Positions 1 through 9,901 are shown, numbered from the stretch's first letter. The stretch is 64,000 bases of DNA from Eubacteriales bacterium (GCA_045636605.1 JAZTXV010000022.1:9883-73882); one strand, 5' to 3'. Translations and numbers: made by a program. The notes: generated by a model from the letters alone, not told the origin.

Positions 1-73
1 ACTTTTTGCCCTTTTGGAGTTATAATAAAAAAGCAAAATAAATCGGTATAACCGAAAAATAAGGAGTTCAGAA

Positions 74-1087
74 ATGAAAAACACAATTAAACTTTTAGTG
101 TCAATCGTTTTGGTTCTCTCATTCGTTCTCGGTGGCTTCGTTGCCTGCGAGAAGGCAGCTATCGTAACATTTGATTACACAGCTGACGGCGAGTTTGAGG
201 ATGCAGAATGTGACGAGGATGAAAGAGAAGTAGTTGTCGGTGAAAAAATCGGCAAGCTTCCAAAGCCCGAGCTTGAGGGTTACACCTTCGTTGGTTGGTT
301 TACAGAGGAAGAATTCGAGCTTATCGTTGAGGGCGAGGATGCTTCAAAGGTTAAGTCAAGCATGAAGGTTGAAGAGGATATGACTCTCTACGCTTGGTTC
401 GAGGCAGAGGGCGCAGGCGACGAAAACGGCGACGAAAACAACGGCGGAAACAACGGCGGAAGCTCATGCAACCACACCTTCACAAAGTGGACATACGAGG
501 ATGCAACCTGCTTGAAGGTTGGATACAGATGGAGAGAGTGTGCAATCTGCGGTGAAAGACAGCAAGAGGATGACGCAACAAAGCCCGCAACAGGCCACTC
601 ATGGAACCCCGAAACAGACATCGCTATGGGTTCGAAGGTTACATGTAAGAACTGCCCTGAGGAAGAGGTTACAATGTACGAGAACATCACAGGTGTATCT
701 CTTGATGGTCAGCCCGTTCTCGGTGGCGCTTGGTACTCATATAACGGCTCAGGTGTACTTGTAAATGGTACATTTGACGATACCGGCTCAAGCGTTATCG
801 CTTGTAAGGCGGGTGGTGTTACTGTTACAGCTAAGTGTAAGACAGGCGTTAGCGCAGACTTCTTCTTCGTATCCGGAGACGGCGTAGGCTCATACACAGT
901 ACAGGTTCTTTACGCAGGCGACTCTGACTATACCGACGTAGGTATGGGCGGATTTGCAGCAGGCGGTAAGGTAACGAAGTTCAAGCTTGATCCAACAAAG
1001 AACATTCTTGAAATTCTTATCACACAGGCTGAGTCCGGTGACTCATCTGCTTACTGGAGTGAAATCGCTCTCGGTAAGATTAAATAA
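74..1087 (+). CDS. Surface lipoprotein with InlB-B/Flg_new repeat, CxxC repeats and C-terminal beta-sandwich (discoidin-like) domain
   Basis: RBS AAGGAG; signal peptide ending FVAC (lipobox-like); LPKPELEGYTFVGWF...LYAWF is an InlB B-repeat motif; ATC..G/CAICG motifs. Confidence 0.65.
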   Translation: MKNTIKLLVSIVLVLSFVLGGFVACEKAAIVTFDYTADGEFEDAECDEDEREVVVGEKIGKLPKPELEGYTFVGWFTEEEFELIVEGEDASKVKSSMKVEEDMTLYAWFEAEGAGDENGDENNGGNNGGSSCNHTFTKWTYEDATCLKVGYRWRECAICGERQQEDDATKPATGHSWNPETDIAMGSKVTCKNCPEEEVTMYENITGVSLDGQPVLGGAWYSYNGSGVLVNGTFDDTGSSVIACKAGGVTVTAKCKTGVSADFFFVSGDGVGSYTVQVLYAGDSDYTDVGMGGFAAGGKVTKFKLDPTKNILEILITQAESGDSSAYWSEIALGKIK

Positions 1088-1104
1088 TTAAAAAACCGAA
1101 AGTT

Positions 1105-1137
1105 TGTTCCCTCGGGGTTTTCCGAGGGAACATTTTT
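1105..1137 (+). terminator. Rho-independent terminator
   Basis: GTTCCCTCGG...CCGAGGGAAC hairpin followed by T-run. Confidence 0.75.
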
Positions 1138-1203
1138 ACTTAAAATATACGCAAAAAAACGGGCGCACACTCTTGCGCTCACAAAAAATTAGGAGAAACA
1201 AGT

Positions 1204-4200
1204 ATGAAGAAAAAAATATTATCCTTGCTTCTTATCGTTCTTTTGCTTGTGTCGGCACTTCTCGTTATCTCCTGTGATAACGGCGGAGGTGAAACCGAGG
1301 AAGTCGAATACACCGTTAAGTTCGATGTAAACGGCGGTGACAAGCTTAAAAAGAGCAGATATAAGATTTTAGAGGGTGAGCTTATCGAGGAATATCCCGC
1401 CGCTCCTACAAGAGAGGGATATGAATTCCTTGGCTGGTACTATGACGACGTTCTTTGGAACTTCGAGGAGGATATCGTCGAGGAGGATATGGAGCTCGTT
1501 GCTAAGTGGCAGGAAAAGAGCAAAATCTGCGCATGGGAGGATCATGATTGGGAGCCCGTGGGCAGAGAGGAGCCCACCTGTCTTAAGGCAGGCTACATTG
1601 ACTACAAATGTAAGGTTTGTGAGTTCACAAACAGAGAGTCCCTTAAAAAGCTCGGTCACGATCTCGTTCAGGAGCACGTAGATGCTACCTGCGGAACACG
1701 TGGCTATGACAGAGAATATTGCAGAAATGCAGGCTGTACTCATGATTTCACAACAAACGAGGTTCTCCCCTCGGGACTTCACCAGTACGACGAAACAACA
1801 TACATTCTTGTACGTGAGCCATCAAATTACCTTGACGGCCGTGAGGAAACTCGTTGTATGATTTGCGGAAGCGTAAAGGGTAAGGCTATTCCTGCTCTTA
1901 AGAGCGCTCAATTCGCATCAATAAACATCGGAAGCTACTCCTACACAGGCGGAAAATACACAACGGCTACTCCGTTTGTAAACCTTTCTACCTATGGTGT
2001 TGCTACCTTCTCGTCACATTACGCAGTTTGTGTCGGCTCAAATGCGATTGACGGCTCCGTTACATCATATTGGAGTGCGGATACTCTCGCTGACGGCTCT
2101 ACCTTCACGGGCGATTGGCTCGCAGTAGAGCTTGAGGACACCACCGATATCGGATGCGTTCAGCTCGTTGTTCCTAACTACAATCTCTGGGGACTTGGCG
2201 AAAACTGCTACATTTCCTTCGATATCGAGGCATATATTGACCAAACAGATGACGGTGTTGACAATCCTACATGGGTTAAGGTTGGCTCCGTTACAGATAA
2301 GGGAAGCTCGGAAAAGGCACAAAACGTAAGATTGGTGCTCGAACTTGCAGAGCCCGTTACCACAAACAAAATGAGAGCAGTTGTTACCAACTCGCTCCGT
2401 TATGCCCCCGCTATGATTTACGAGATGGAGGTTTACGGCTATGTTTCAAAGGTTGAGCGCTCCGTTCAATCCGTAGCATCAGAGGCATCATACACCGTTA
2501 CAGGTAAGTACAACTCTTACGCAGGTGGCGCAGATAAGCTCTATGATGGAAGCGAGGCATCCGGCTGGATGACAAATGCTCGTGAGTGGATGCGTGGCGG
2601 CAGAGATGTTACTGCATACGAGCATGACCTCGGCGGCGAAACAAAGCTTACTAAGGTTACAGTCAACGCAAAGAAGCTCGTTGGCGAAACCGTAACCGTT
2701 AAATATCTCGTTGAAAAGACTGTCGGCGAAAAGGTTGAGTCCTCTTGGGAGGTTCTTGCTACCTTCACAATAGACGCAGGTGCGGCAGATGATGTTGCGC
2801 TCGTTAAGGATTGCGACATTACCACCAAGAAGCTTCGCTTTGAGGTTGACAACTACGGCGACTGGGATAAGGAAGGCGCAAGAAATACCATTACTGATAT
2901 CGTATTGACAACGGCAGATGGCGACGCAGTAGTTGCTCCGTCTTGGGTTCTTCCCGCTACAACAAAGGCTACAATCAAATTCCCCGCTTCAAGATACGTT
3001 GCATGCGTAGAATGGATTACGGGATATACCGTTGGCAGAGAATTCTTGCTCGAAATCAAGGCAACTCCCGACGGCGAATGGCAGGAATACGGAACATTCT
3101 TGCTCGAGCAGCCCAACAATAACCCCAACATTGAGGAAAGAGTTATTGCGGGCAAGAGCGGCGCTGTAATCACGGTTGACCTTGATATGTTCGTTTCCGA
3201 AATCAGAATTACACTTACTAAGGAGCGTGTCGATTACGACAGCTACGTATACGAATTTACCCCATATGCAATCGTTGAAAAGGGCGTAGGAATCAACTCC
3301 TACGAGGGCTGTAAGCATGCTCTTGCAAGCAGAAGCGATAACGTTATCATCGCTCCTACCTGCGACAAGGCGGGCTATCAGGATACAGTTTGTATCACGC
3401 CTAACTGTGGCTTTAAGTACAGAACCGACGCAACGGACTGCACAGGACACAAATGGGGTGACTGGGGCGCTTATGCTCTCGGCGAGACTGCTGAGATGAG
3501 TCAACAGATCCGCTTCTGCGAGATTGACGACTGTGGCGAGCCTCAAATCCGTTCCTTCAAGAAGGGCTCAGAGCCCGCAACAATCACCGACTGGCTCAAC
3601 GACGGCACAGCCGCTTGGACACAGAGCCTTGACGACGGTAACTACCTTAGCACGTACGAATGGGGCATGAAGTTCTTCCCCAAGTATAACTGTAAGGGTA
3701 CAGCAATGCTCACCATCGGTATGATGGACGTTTATGTAGAAAATTGGAAGACATATATTGCTTCCGGCGCATTCGATATTGGCTCACACTCAACCACTCA
3801 CGATTCGATTTACAACTCAATCATCAGTGAAAAGGGTGGTCTTGCCGAGGTTGACTACGCATACTTCTGGCTTATGGCAACATTCCCGGGCTCAAGAGTT
3901 ATGGGCTTTGCAACACCTATGGGAGCTACAAGTAATAGCGCTGCAGGCTGGGTAACGGGCGTTCACGGTGGCGGAAGAAACGGTGGCGGAACAGCTACCT
4001 TCTACAAGACCTACGATATGCTCACCAACAGAGTTGAATGGGGTAACCTTAACTCCTACATCTCCAAGGCAGATCAAACAGAGGGTGTTTACGAGTATGT
4101 GGCAAAGGGCACAGCCGAGCATAACTGGGTTTATGACGCTGAGGCTAACAAGCTCGTTGACCAACCGACAATAGAGGGAACCTACTTCTATATAGCTGAC

Positions 4201-4767
4201 GAGTACAAGTACGAGTGGAGAGAGGTCGGCTCATACGATAAGCAGGGCGACAGCTACGTATTCCGCAACGACAACGAGGGCGAATACGTATATGTTCACT
4301 CCGAAAAGGGCTCATACGAGAAGGGAATTGACACTCTCGTTGCGGCTAACGGCTGGACAGTTGAGTGCTTGCACGAGGTTCGCGAGAGCAAGACAGGCAT
4401 TGGCGGAGTAATTCACTCATCCTATGACTCGACAATTTCAAAGCTTGAATATCTTACAAAGACAGGCGTTTGGATTGGCTCCTACACCGAGGTGATCCAA
4501 TACATCAAGGAAAATCAAACAGCCTTGGTTAGCACAGAGTCCTTTACGGACACATCCTTCACGCTTTCGCTCACGGACGCACGTGATAACGAGTTCTTCA
4601 ATCAGGCGCTTACTATCAAGCTCGATATTCCTGACGATTGGAACGGCGTTAGCGCAACTCAGGACGGCGAGGCGATTGACAGCTTCGTTAAGACTGTTGA
4701 TGGTAACAAGTTTGCATTTGTAAACGCAGTTCCCGATGCAGGCGAAATCGTAGTTGTTAAGAACTAA
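1204..4767 (+). CDS. Large lipoprotein: InlB-B repeat, Cys/His repeats, F5/8C-like domains, C-terminal polysaccharide deacetylase-like domain
   Basis: Lipobox LVISC; PTREGYEFLGWY; NAIDG...W and KLYDG...W discoidin motifs; SLDDG and GSHSTTH NodB-like motifs. Confidence 0.7.
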   Translation: MKKKILSLLLIVLLLVSALLVISCDNGGGETEEVEYTVKFDVNGGDKLKKSRYKILEGELIEEYPAAPTREGYEFLGWYYDDVLWNFEEDIVEEDMELVAKWQEKSKICAWEDHDWEPVGREEPTCLKAGYIDYKCKVCEFTNRESLKKLGHDLVQEHVDATCGTRGYDREYCRNAGCTHDFTTNEVLPSGLHQYDETTYILVREPSNYLDGREETRCMICGSVKGKAIPALKSAQFASINIGSYSYTGGKYTTATPFVNLSTYGVATFSSHYAVCVGSNAIDGSVTSYWSADTLADGSTFTGDWLAVELEDTTDIGCVQLVVPNYNLWGLGENCYISFDIEAYIDQTDDGVDNPTWVKVGSVTDKGSSEKAQNVRLVLELAEPVTTNKMRAVVTNSLRYAPAMIYEMEVYGYVSKVERSVQSVASEASYTVTGKYNSYAGGADKLYDGSEASGWMTNAREWMRGGRDVTAYEHDLGGETKLTKVTVNAKKLVGETVTVKYLVEKTVGEKVESSWEVLATFTIDAGAADDVALVKDCDITTKKLRFEVDNYGDWDKEGARNTITDIVLTTADGDAVVAPSWVLPATTKATIKFPASRYVACVEWITGYTVGREFLLEIKATPDGEWQEYGTFLLEQPNNNPNIEERVIAGKSGAVITVDLDMFVSEIRITLTKERVDYDSYVYEFTPYAIVEKGVGINSYEGCKHALASRSDNVIIAPTCDKAGYQDTVCITPNCGFKYRTDATDCTGHKWGDWGAYALGETAEMSQQIRFCEIDDCGEPQIRSFKKGSEPATITDWLNDGTAAWTQSLDDGNYLSTYEWGMKFFPKYNCKGTAMLTIGMMDVYVENWKTYIASGAFDIGSHSTTHDSIYNSIISEKGGLAEVDYAYFWLMATFPGSRVMGFATPMGATSNSAAGWVTGVHGGGRNGGGTATFYKTYDMLTNRVEWGNLNSYISKADQTEGVYEYVAKGTAEHNWVYDAEANKLVDQPTIEGTYFYIADEYKYEWREVGSYDKQGDSYVFRNDNEGEYVYVHSEKGSYEKGIDTLVAANGWTVECLHEVRESKTGIGGVIHSSYDSTISKLEYLTKTGVWIGSYTEVIQYIKENQTALVSTESFTDTSFTLSLTDARDNEFFNQALTIKLDIPDDWNGVSATQDGEAIDSFVKTVDGNKFAFVNAVPDAGEIVVVKN

Positions 4768-4775
4768 TAAAAATA

Positions 4776-4806
4776 AAATCACCCGACACCCGTCGGGTGA
4801 TTTTTT
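4776..4806 (+). terminator. Rho-independent terminator
   Basis: AAAATCACCCGAC/GTCGGGTGATTTT inverted repeat with T-run. Confidence 0.85.
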
Positions 4807-5070
4807 GCCTGCGCTTCAAGGAGAACATCATATTAAAAGGATTGAAAAAGTAAGACTAAACAGAGATAGATATTAGTTAGATAAGAAAATGAACGTGCGT
4901 GCGCTCACGCATCGCATACGATCGAGCGTCGTCACGGGAGTACGCATGCGTGAAAGTATAAAATCGTGCGCAAAATATGGCAAACGGGTGCTGAATGTGT
5001 TGAAAATGTGGTGAAAATAGCCCTTGTGTGAACGTTGTGTGAAAACTTGCCGAAAAGATAATGAAGTCTA

Positions 5071-5099
5071 TTGAAATTGGAAGGATTTTCACATATAAT
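5071..5099 (+). promoter_or_regulatory. sigmaA-type promoter not followed by a credible ORF (candidate sRNA promoter)
   Basis: TTGAAA-17 bp-TATAAT. Confidence 0.6.
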
Positions 5100-5103
5100 G
5101 ACA

Positions 5104-5240
5104 GTGCGGGGAGCAAAAGAACCCGCACCCAACAAATTCTCTAAATTCAGCCCCCAGCTTTTCGGGGCTATGACAAGAAGGAGCGTGAGCGACGAATTTC
5201 GCCTTGGAGAGCTTGGGAGCACCTCAAGCTTTTGGGCAGT
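5104..5240 (+). ncRNA. Candidate structured small RNA or long leader
   Basis: Starts at the expected +1 of the 5071 promoter; hairpins GTGCGGG/CCCGCAC, AGCCCC/GGGGCT, AGCTTG/CAAGCT followed by TTT; no family recognised. Confidence 0.35.
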
Positions 5241-5337
5241 TTTCACAAAAAATAAGCTTCAAAGAAAAAGTAAACATCGACTTTTTTGTGAAAAGTGCCA
5301 AAAATCGAAATAGCAGCGGTCAAAAAGCTATTTACGG

Positions 5338-5366
5338 TTGAAAAACATCGGACCGCATGCTATAAT
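5338..5366 (+). promoter_or_regulatory. sigmaA promoter of the MoxR-associated operon
   Basis: TTGAAA-17 bp-TATAAT with extended -10 TG. Confidence 0.7.
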
Positions 5367-5411
5367 ATTAATGTATATTTAGTTATTTAGTAACTGGAAA
5401 AGGAGTTAAAA

Positions 5412-8351
5412 ATGGATTTTAATGTAGCAATGAAGCCGTACAGATTGAGACTTATCATAGAAGCTCTTATCAAGGCTATTATGACAGGCTTGCTCTTCGG
5501 ACTCTCGCTTTCACTTTTGACTGCTTGTGGCTTTGTGTTCATCGCAAGAATGAACGATACACTTGCAATCGGCGTGACAATCGGAGTTGGAGCAGTAGCG
5601 GCAATCGCAATCGGCGTATCAACCTATTTGAAGCGCTTTAGAGCAAATCTTCAAAAGCTCGCAAAGAGAATCGACGCACTCGGTCTTGACGAGCGTGTAA
5701 CAACAATGGTTGAGTACAAAAGAGACCGTTCCTACGTTGCAAGAGTTCAACGTGAGGACACAATGGAGAGAGTTGCAAGACTCAATGTTAAGCAGTTCAA
5801 GATCAGACTTCCGATCATAAGAATTTCCGCCTGTGCAGCAATGCTCTTGGCAATCATTCTTTTGTTCTCGGTTCTCGCAAATGCACTTGCACCGGTTTTG
5901 ACCGATATGGAGGCTGCACACGAGCAAATCGAGATAATCAGAGATGAGCTTCATATGATTATCGACAATTCCGATACGGATGATGCCTTTAAGATAAAGG
6001 CTAAGGAACAGGTTGATAAGAGAATAGACGAGATTATCGCAGACGAGAACCTCGATCCCGCAACCAAGGTGTTCTTAGCACAGTCACTTAAGGCAAGGCT
6101 TGAAACCTCAATCGATATTCAAAAGCAAATTTACGAAATCCGCCAAATCATTGACGATGCCGCAGAGGTTGGACTTTCCGAGAACTTTATCGCAAAGCTC
6201 CACGCAATCGTTGACAAGCTTGTTGAAAGACTTGATGTAACAGAGAGCGACATCGAAAAGTACGAGGATATTCGTCAAACAAGAAAAGAAATTGAAAAGC
6301 TCATCGAGGAAGAGCTCTTGAAGATGGAAGAAACCATCGACCAAATGGAGCAGGACAACGAGGACCTCAAGGAAGAGCTTGAAAAGACCGAGAACGAAAC
6401 TCTTCAAGATATTGCAGATGCAATCGAGAAGATAGAGCAGGCTCAGGAGCAGCAGGACCAAGCTCAAACAGAGCAGGAAAAGCAAGAGGCTCAGGAGCAG
6501 CTTGAGCAGGCTAAGCAGGAGCTCAGCGATGCAATGGATCAAATCAAGGAAATGGATAAGGAAGAAATTAAGGATCTTATCGAGGACCTTGAGCAGGTAG
6601 TTGAAAACACCGAGGACTCACCTATGCAGGACGTTCTCGAGGATATGAAGGATAACCTTCAGGAAAACGTAGACCAGGCTGAACAGGAAAATCAGACTGA
6701 CGAGGAATTCAAGGAAAATGTTGAGCAGACCGTAGACCAAGCAAAGCAGGAAATGCAGGACACCCTTGAAACACAGGATAAGTTCGACGATATGGCTGAT
6801 GCGCTCGAAAAGGCTGAAAATGCTGAGACCGAGCAGGAAAAGCAAGAGGCTATGGATCAGTTCCAGCAAATCGTTGAGGATATGAAGCAGGACGTTCTTG
6901 AAAACTCATCAACCGAGCAAGAAAAGCAGGATAAGCTTGAGGACATCAAGGACGCACTTGAAAACGTTACCGAGCAATCACCCGACTCCGAGCTTAAGCA
7001 GGATATGGAGGACTTCAAGGAGTCCCTTGAGGACATTCTTGACTCTATGGAGCAGGGCGAAATCATGGACCAGGAAATCTCCGATGCCTTCGACCAATTC
7101 GAGCAGGATGTTCAAGACTCAATGGAGTCAATGGACGCACTCGAGCAGGTAGGACAGGAAATCACCGACAAGCTTGAGCAAAAGGAGCAGGAGCTTGCAG
7201 GCGACCAAAAGTTCACCGACGACATGATCGACGACATGAAGGAAACCGTTGACAAGTCCGAGGCAAGCCAAGAGGCTAAGGACCAAATGAACGAGGCTAT
7301 CGAGGACCTTGAAAACAAGCTCGACGATATCCATCAAAACGCTCAACAGGAAAAGAACGAAGCGATGGAAAACATCCAAAAGGATCCTAACATGACAGAG
7401 TCCGAAAAGCAGGACGCAATGCAGGATGCTATGGATAAAATAGACTCCGAAACTCGTGAAGAAATCAATCAAGAAATTTCTAACACCAAGAATGAGCTTG
7501 ATAACATGATTCAAGAGGATAAGGAAAAGCAAGAGAGCGCATCCGACTCAATGCAGGATAAGGAAAACGAAACCATGCAAGAGGTTGGAGACGCTATGGA
7601 AAAGGTTGAGAATGCAGAAACAGACCAAGAGTACGACGATGCTCAAGAGGAGCTTGACAATGCATTCGAAAACATGAAGGATCAGTATGAGAACCTCGAG
7701 GGCTCTGAGCTCAATGAAAAGCTCGAGGAAATCTCAAAGGATATGCAATCTGCAGCTGACCAGCTCCCACCTGAAAACGAATTCAAGGCACCTCTTGAGA
7801 ATGCAGCCGATCAAATGGAGCAAATCTCAAAGAACGAGAGCATGACCGACGAGGAGAAGAAGGAAGCGGCTGACCAAGTAATCGACGAGCTTAACAAGGA
7901 ATTTGACCAAGCAATCGACGAACAGCAGAAGCAGGAGCAAACAAGCGAACAGCTTAAGGATCAAATGCAACAGGCTCAGAACCAAATGAACCAACAGCAA
8001 AATCAACAGAATCAGCAACAACAAAACCAGCAAAATCAACAGGATCAGCAACAACAGCAACAGCCTTCAAAGGGAGAAACCGATAAGGAAGAGCCCGAGG
8101 AGGAAGAGGCTGAGAAGAACGAGGCATCTGACGGTACAAATGTTGGATCTGTAAATGGTGGCGTATTCGATCCCGAAACAGGAGAGCATGTTGATCTCGA
8201 CATATTCCTTGAGCAAAACCAAGGACATATCAATGACCAGCTTGATCACTCAAAGGGTGACGACAGCCTTACAGCTGAGGAGCAGGAGTTTATCAACAAC
8301 TACTTCGAGCAAATGAACGGCTGGAACTCATACGAGGGCTCAGGCAACTAA
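5412..8351 (+). CDS. Membrane-anchored acidic coiled-coil protein (DUF4175-like), MoxR/vWA operon partner
   Basis: Three N-terminal TM segments, AKRID..LGLDERVTTMVE motif, long E/Q/D-rich coiled coil, Q-rich tail, ending NYFEQM. Confidence 0.65.
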   Translation: MDFNVAMKPYRLRLIIEALIKAIMTGLLFGLSLSLLTACGFVFIARMNDTLAIGVTIGVGAVAAIAIGVSTYLKRFRANLQKLAKRIDALGLDERVTTMVEYKRDRSYVARVQREDTMERVARLNVKQFKIRLPIIRISACAAMLLAIILLFSVLANALAPVLTDMEAAHEQIEIIRDELHMIIDNSDTDDAFKIKAKEQVDKRIDEIIADENLDPATKVFLAQSLKARLETSIDIQKQIYEIRQIIDDAAEVGLSENFIAKLHAIVDKLVERLDVTESDIEKYEDIRQTRKEIEKLIEEELLKMEETIDQMEQDNEDLKEELEKTENETLQDIADAIEKIEQAQEQQDQAQTEQEKQEAQEQLEQAKQELSDAMDQIKEMDKEEIKDLIEDLEQVVENTEDSPMQDVLEDMKDNLQENVDQAEQENQTDEEFKENVEQTVDQAKQEMQDTLETQDKFDDMADALEKAENAETEQEKQEAMDQFQQIVEDMKQDVLENSSTEQEKQDKLEDIKDALENVTEQSPDSELKQDMEDFKESLEDILDSMEQGEIMDQEISDAFDQFEQDVQDSMESMDALEQVGQEITDKLEQKEQELAGDQKFTDDMIDDMKETVDKSEASQEAKDQMNEAIEDLENKLDDIHQNAQQEKNEAMENIQKDPNMTESEKQDAMQDAMDKIDSETREEINQEISNTKNELDNMIQEDKEKQESASDSMQDKENETMQEVGDAMEKVENAETDQEYDDAQEELDNAFENMKDQYENLEGSELNEKLEEISKDMQSAADQLPPENEFKAPLENAADQMEQISKNESMTDEEKKEAADQVIDELNKEFDQAIDEQQKQEQTSEQLKDQMQQAQNQMNQQQNQQNQQQQNQQNQQDQQQQQQPSKGETDKEEPEEEEAEKNEASDGTNVGSVNGGVFDPETGEHVDLDIFLEQNQGHINDQLDHSKGDDSLTAEEQEFINNYFEQMNGWNSYEGSGN

Positions 8352-8569
8352 TTAACCGAGCGTTAATATTAGTGGGGAGAATTTAGAGAAATGGGTAAAA
8401 TAACAGGATTCTAAAACCTGAATATAGGAGCATCTGTCGAAAAATCGCCAGATGCTTCTGCCACTAATATAAGATAGATTTCTACCGTGAAAAAGAGGGG
8501 CGAATGCCATCTTTCAACGGAAAAAATAAATATAAAAAACAGAAGAAAATTCTATAATGGAGGCAGAAA

Positions 8570-9889
8570 ATGATAAAGTCTAACAAGAAAAGACCGGCAC
8601 CCGCACAAGCACCGGCAGTAGAGGAAACACCAGTAGTAGAGGAAGTAACTCCCGTAGTTGAGGATGCTCCCGTAGTTGAAGAGGCAGCTCCCGTAGTTGA
8701 GGAAGCTCCCGTAGTTGAGGAGGCAGCTCCTGCAGTTGAAGAAGCAGCTCCTGTAGTTGAAGAAGCAGCTCCCGTAGTTGAAGAGGCAGCTCCTGTAGTT
8801 GAAGCAGCTCCCGCAGAAGAGGCTCCACGTACAGCAGAGGAGATCCATATGGATCAGGTAGCTGAGGAAGAGCTCAGAATGTTCGCTGACAAGTGTAAGA
8901 GAATCTTCGAAGAGGTTCGTAAGGATATGATCGGTCAAGAGGAGGTTGTTCAATCAACCATCGCCGCTATTATCGCCGGCGGTAACGTTCTTCTTGAGGG
9001 TGCTCCGGGACTTGGTAAAACACGTCTTGTAAGATCTCTCGGTAAGGTATTCGACCTTCCATTCTCACGTATTCAGTTTACTCCTGACTTGATGCCTGCC
9101 GACGTAACAGGTACCAACGTTATTACAAAGGGCGAGGACGGAAACTCAAGATTCGAATTCCAACCCGGTCCTATCTTCTCAAACATCGTTTTGGCGGACG
9201 AAATTAACCGTGCTACGCCTAAGACACAGGCAGCTCTTCTTGAGGCCATGCAGGAGCACAAGGTTACCGTTATGGGTGTAACCAGAAAAATGAGCGAGCC
9301 ATTCTTCGTTCTTGCTACACAGAACCCAATCGAGCAAGACGGTACATACCCACTTCCTGAGGCTCAGATGGACCGTTTTATGTTTAAGATTCTCGTTCCT
9401 AACCCATCAGCTGATGAGCTTGGACAAATCGTTAACATGACACATAAGACAATGGATGAAACAGCGCAAGCGGCTTGTAACGGTGAGGAGCTTCTCCGAA
9501 TGAGAGCAGTTGCTAAGACAATACCCGTATCAAGCGAGGTTCTTAACTATGCAATGATTCTTATCGCTTCAACTCACCCCGACAGTGAGGTTGCTACCGA
9601 AACAACAAAGAGATTTATCCGTGCAGGAGCTTCTCCTCGTGCGGCTCAGGCTATTATCACAGCAGGTCAGGTAAGAGCTCTTATCAACGGCAGATACAAT
9701 GTATCCTACGACGATATCAACTCCTTGGCAATCCCTGTTCTTCGTCACAGACTTAAGCTCGGCTTCGAGGCTGTAACATCTAAGATGACACCTGACGACG
9801 TAATCAGAAGCTTGATTGCAGACCTTAACAACACATCTACTGAGGCAGTAGAAAAAAGAGAAGCCAAGAAAAATAAGAAGAGAAGATAA
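8570..9889 (+). CDS. moxR: MoxR family AAA+ ATPase with N-terminal low-complexity extension
   Basis: GAPGLGKT Walker A, RIQFTPDLMPAD, ADEINRATPKTQAALLEAMQE, ATQNPIEQDGTYPLPEAQMDRF. Confidence 0.95.
   Translation: MIKSNKKRPAPAQAPAVEETPVVEEVTPVVEDAPVVEEAAPVVEEAPVVEEAAPAVEEAAPVVEEAAPVVEEAAPVVEAAPAEEAPRTAEEIHMDQVAEEELRMFADKCKRIFEEVRKDMIGQEEVVQSTIAAIIAGGNVLLEGAPGLGKTRLVRSLGKVFDLPFSRIQFTPDLMPADVTGTNVITKGEDGNSRFEFQPGPIFSNIVLADEINRATPKTQAALLEAMQEHKVTVMGVTRKMSEPFFVLATQNPIEQDGTYPLPEAQMDRFMFKILVPNPSADELGQIVNMTHKTMDETAQAACNGEELLRMRAVAKTIPVSSEVLNYAMILIASTHPDSEVATETTKRFIRAGASPRAAQAIITAGQVRALINGRYNVSYDDINSLAIPVLRHRLKLGFEAVTSKMTPDDVIRSLIADLNNTSTEAVEKREAKKNKKRR
8612..8826 (+). repeat. 18/21-bp tandem coding repeat encoding (A)PVVEE(A)
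   Basis: About 9-10 near copies of GCTCCCGTAGTTGAAGAGGCA. Confidence 0.85.
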
Positions 9890-9901
9890 TAGGCGGTTAA
9901 A

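Noticed and set aside
4885-4952. Alternating purine-pyrimidine imperfect palindrome
   Set aside because: Short and imperfect, with no supporting context
5104-5190. Resemblance to a glycine riboswitch (GCGGGGAG, GCAAAAG.ACC, GAAGGAGC)
   Set aside because: Elements are in the wrong arrangement, the CTCAGG core is absent and no glycine-related gene follows
4877-5313. Short ORFs in the 4.8-5.4 kb intergenic region
   Set aside because: No convincing RBS, atypical composition, and they overlap promoters and hairpins
8612-8826. Tandem repeats as a possible CRISPR array
   Set aside because: In-frame coding repeats, no unique spacers, no cas genes
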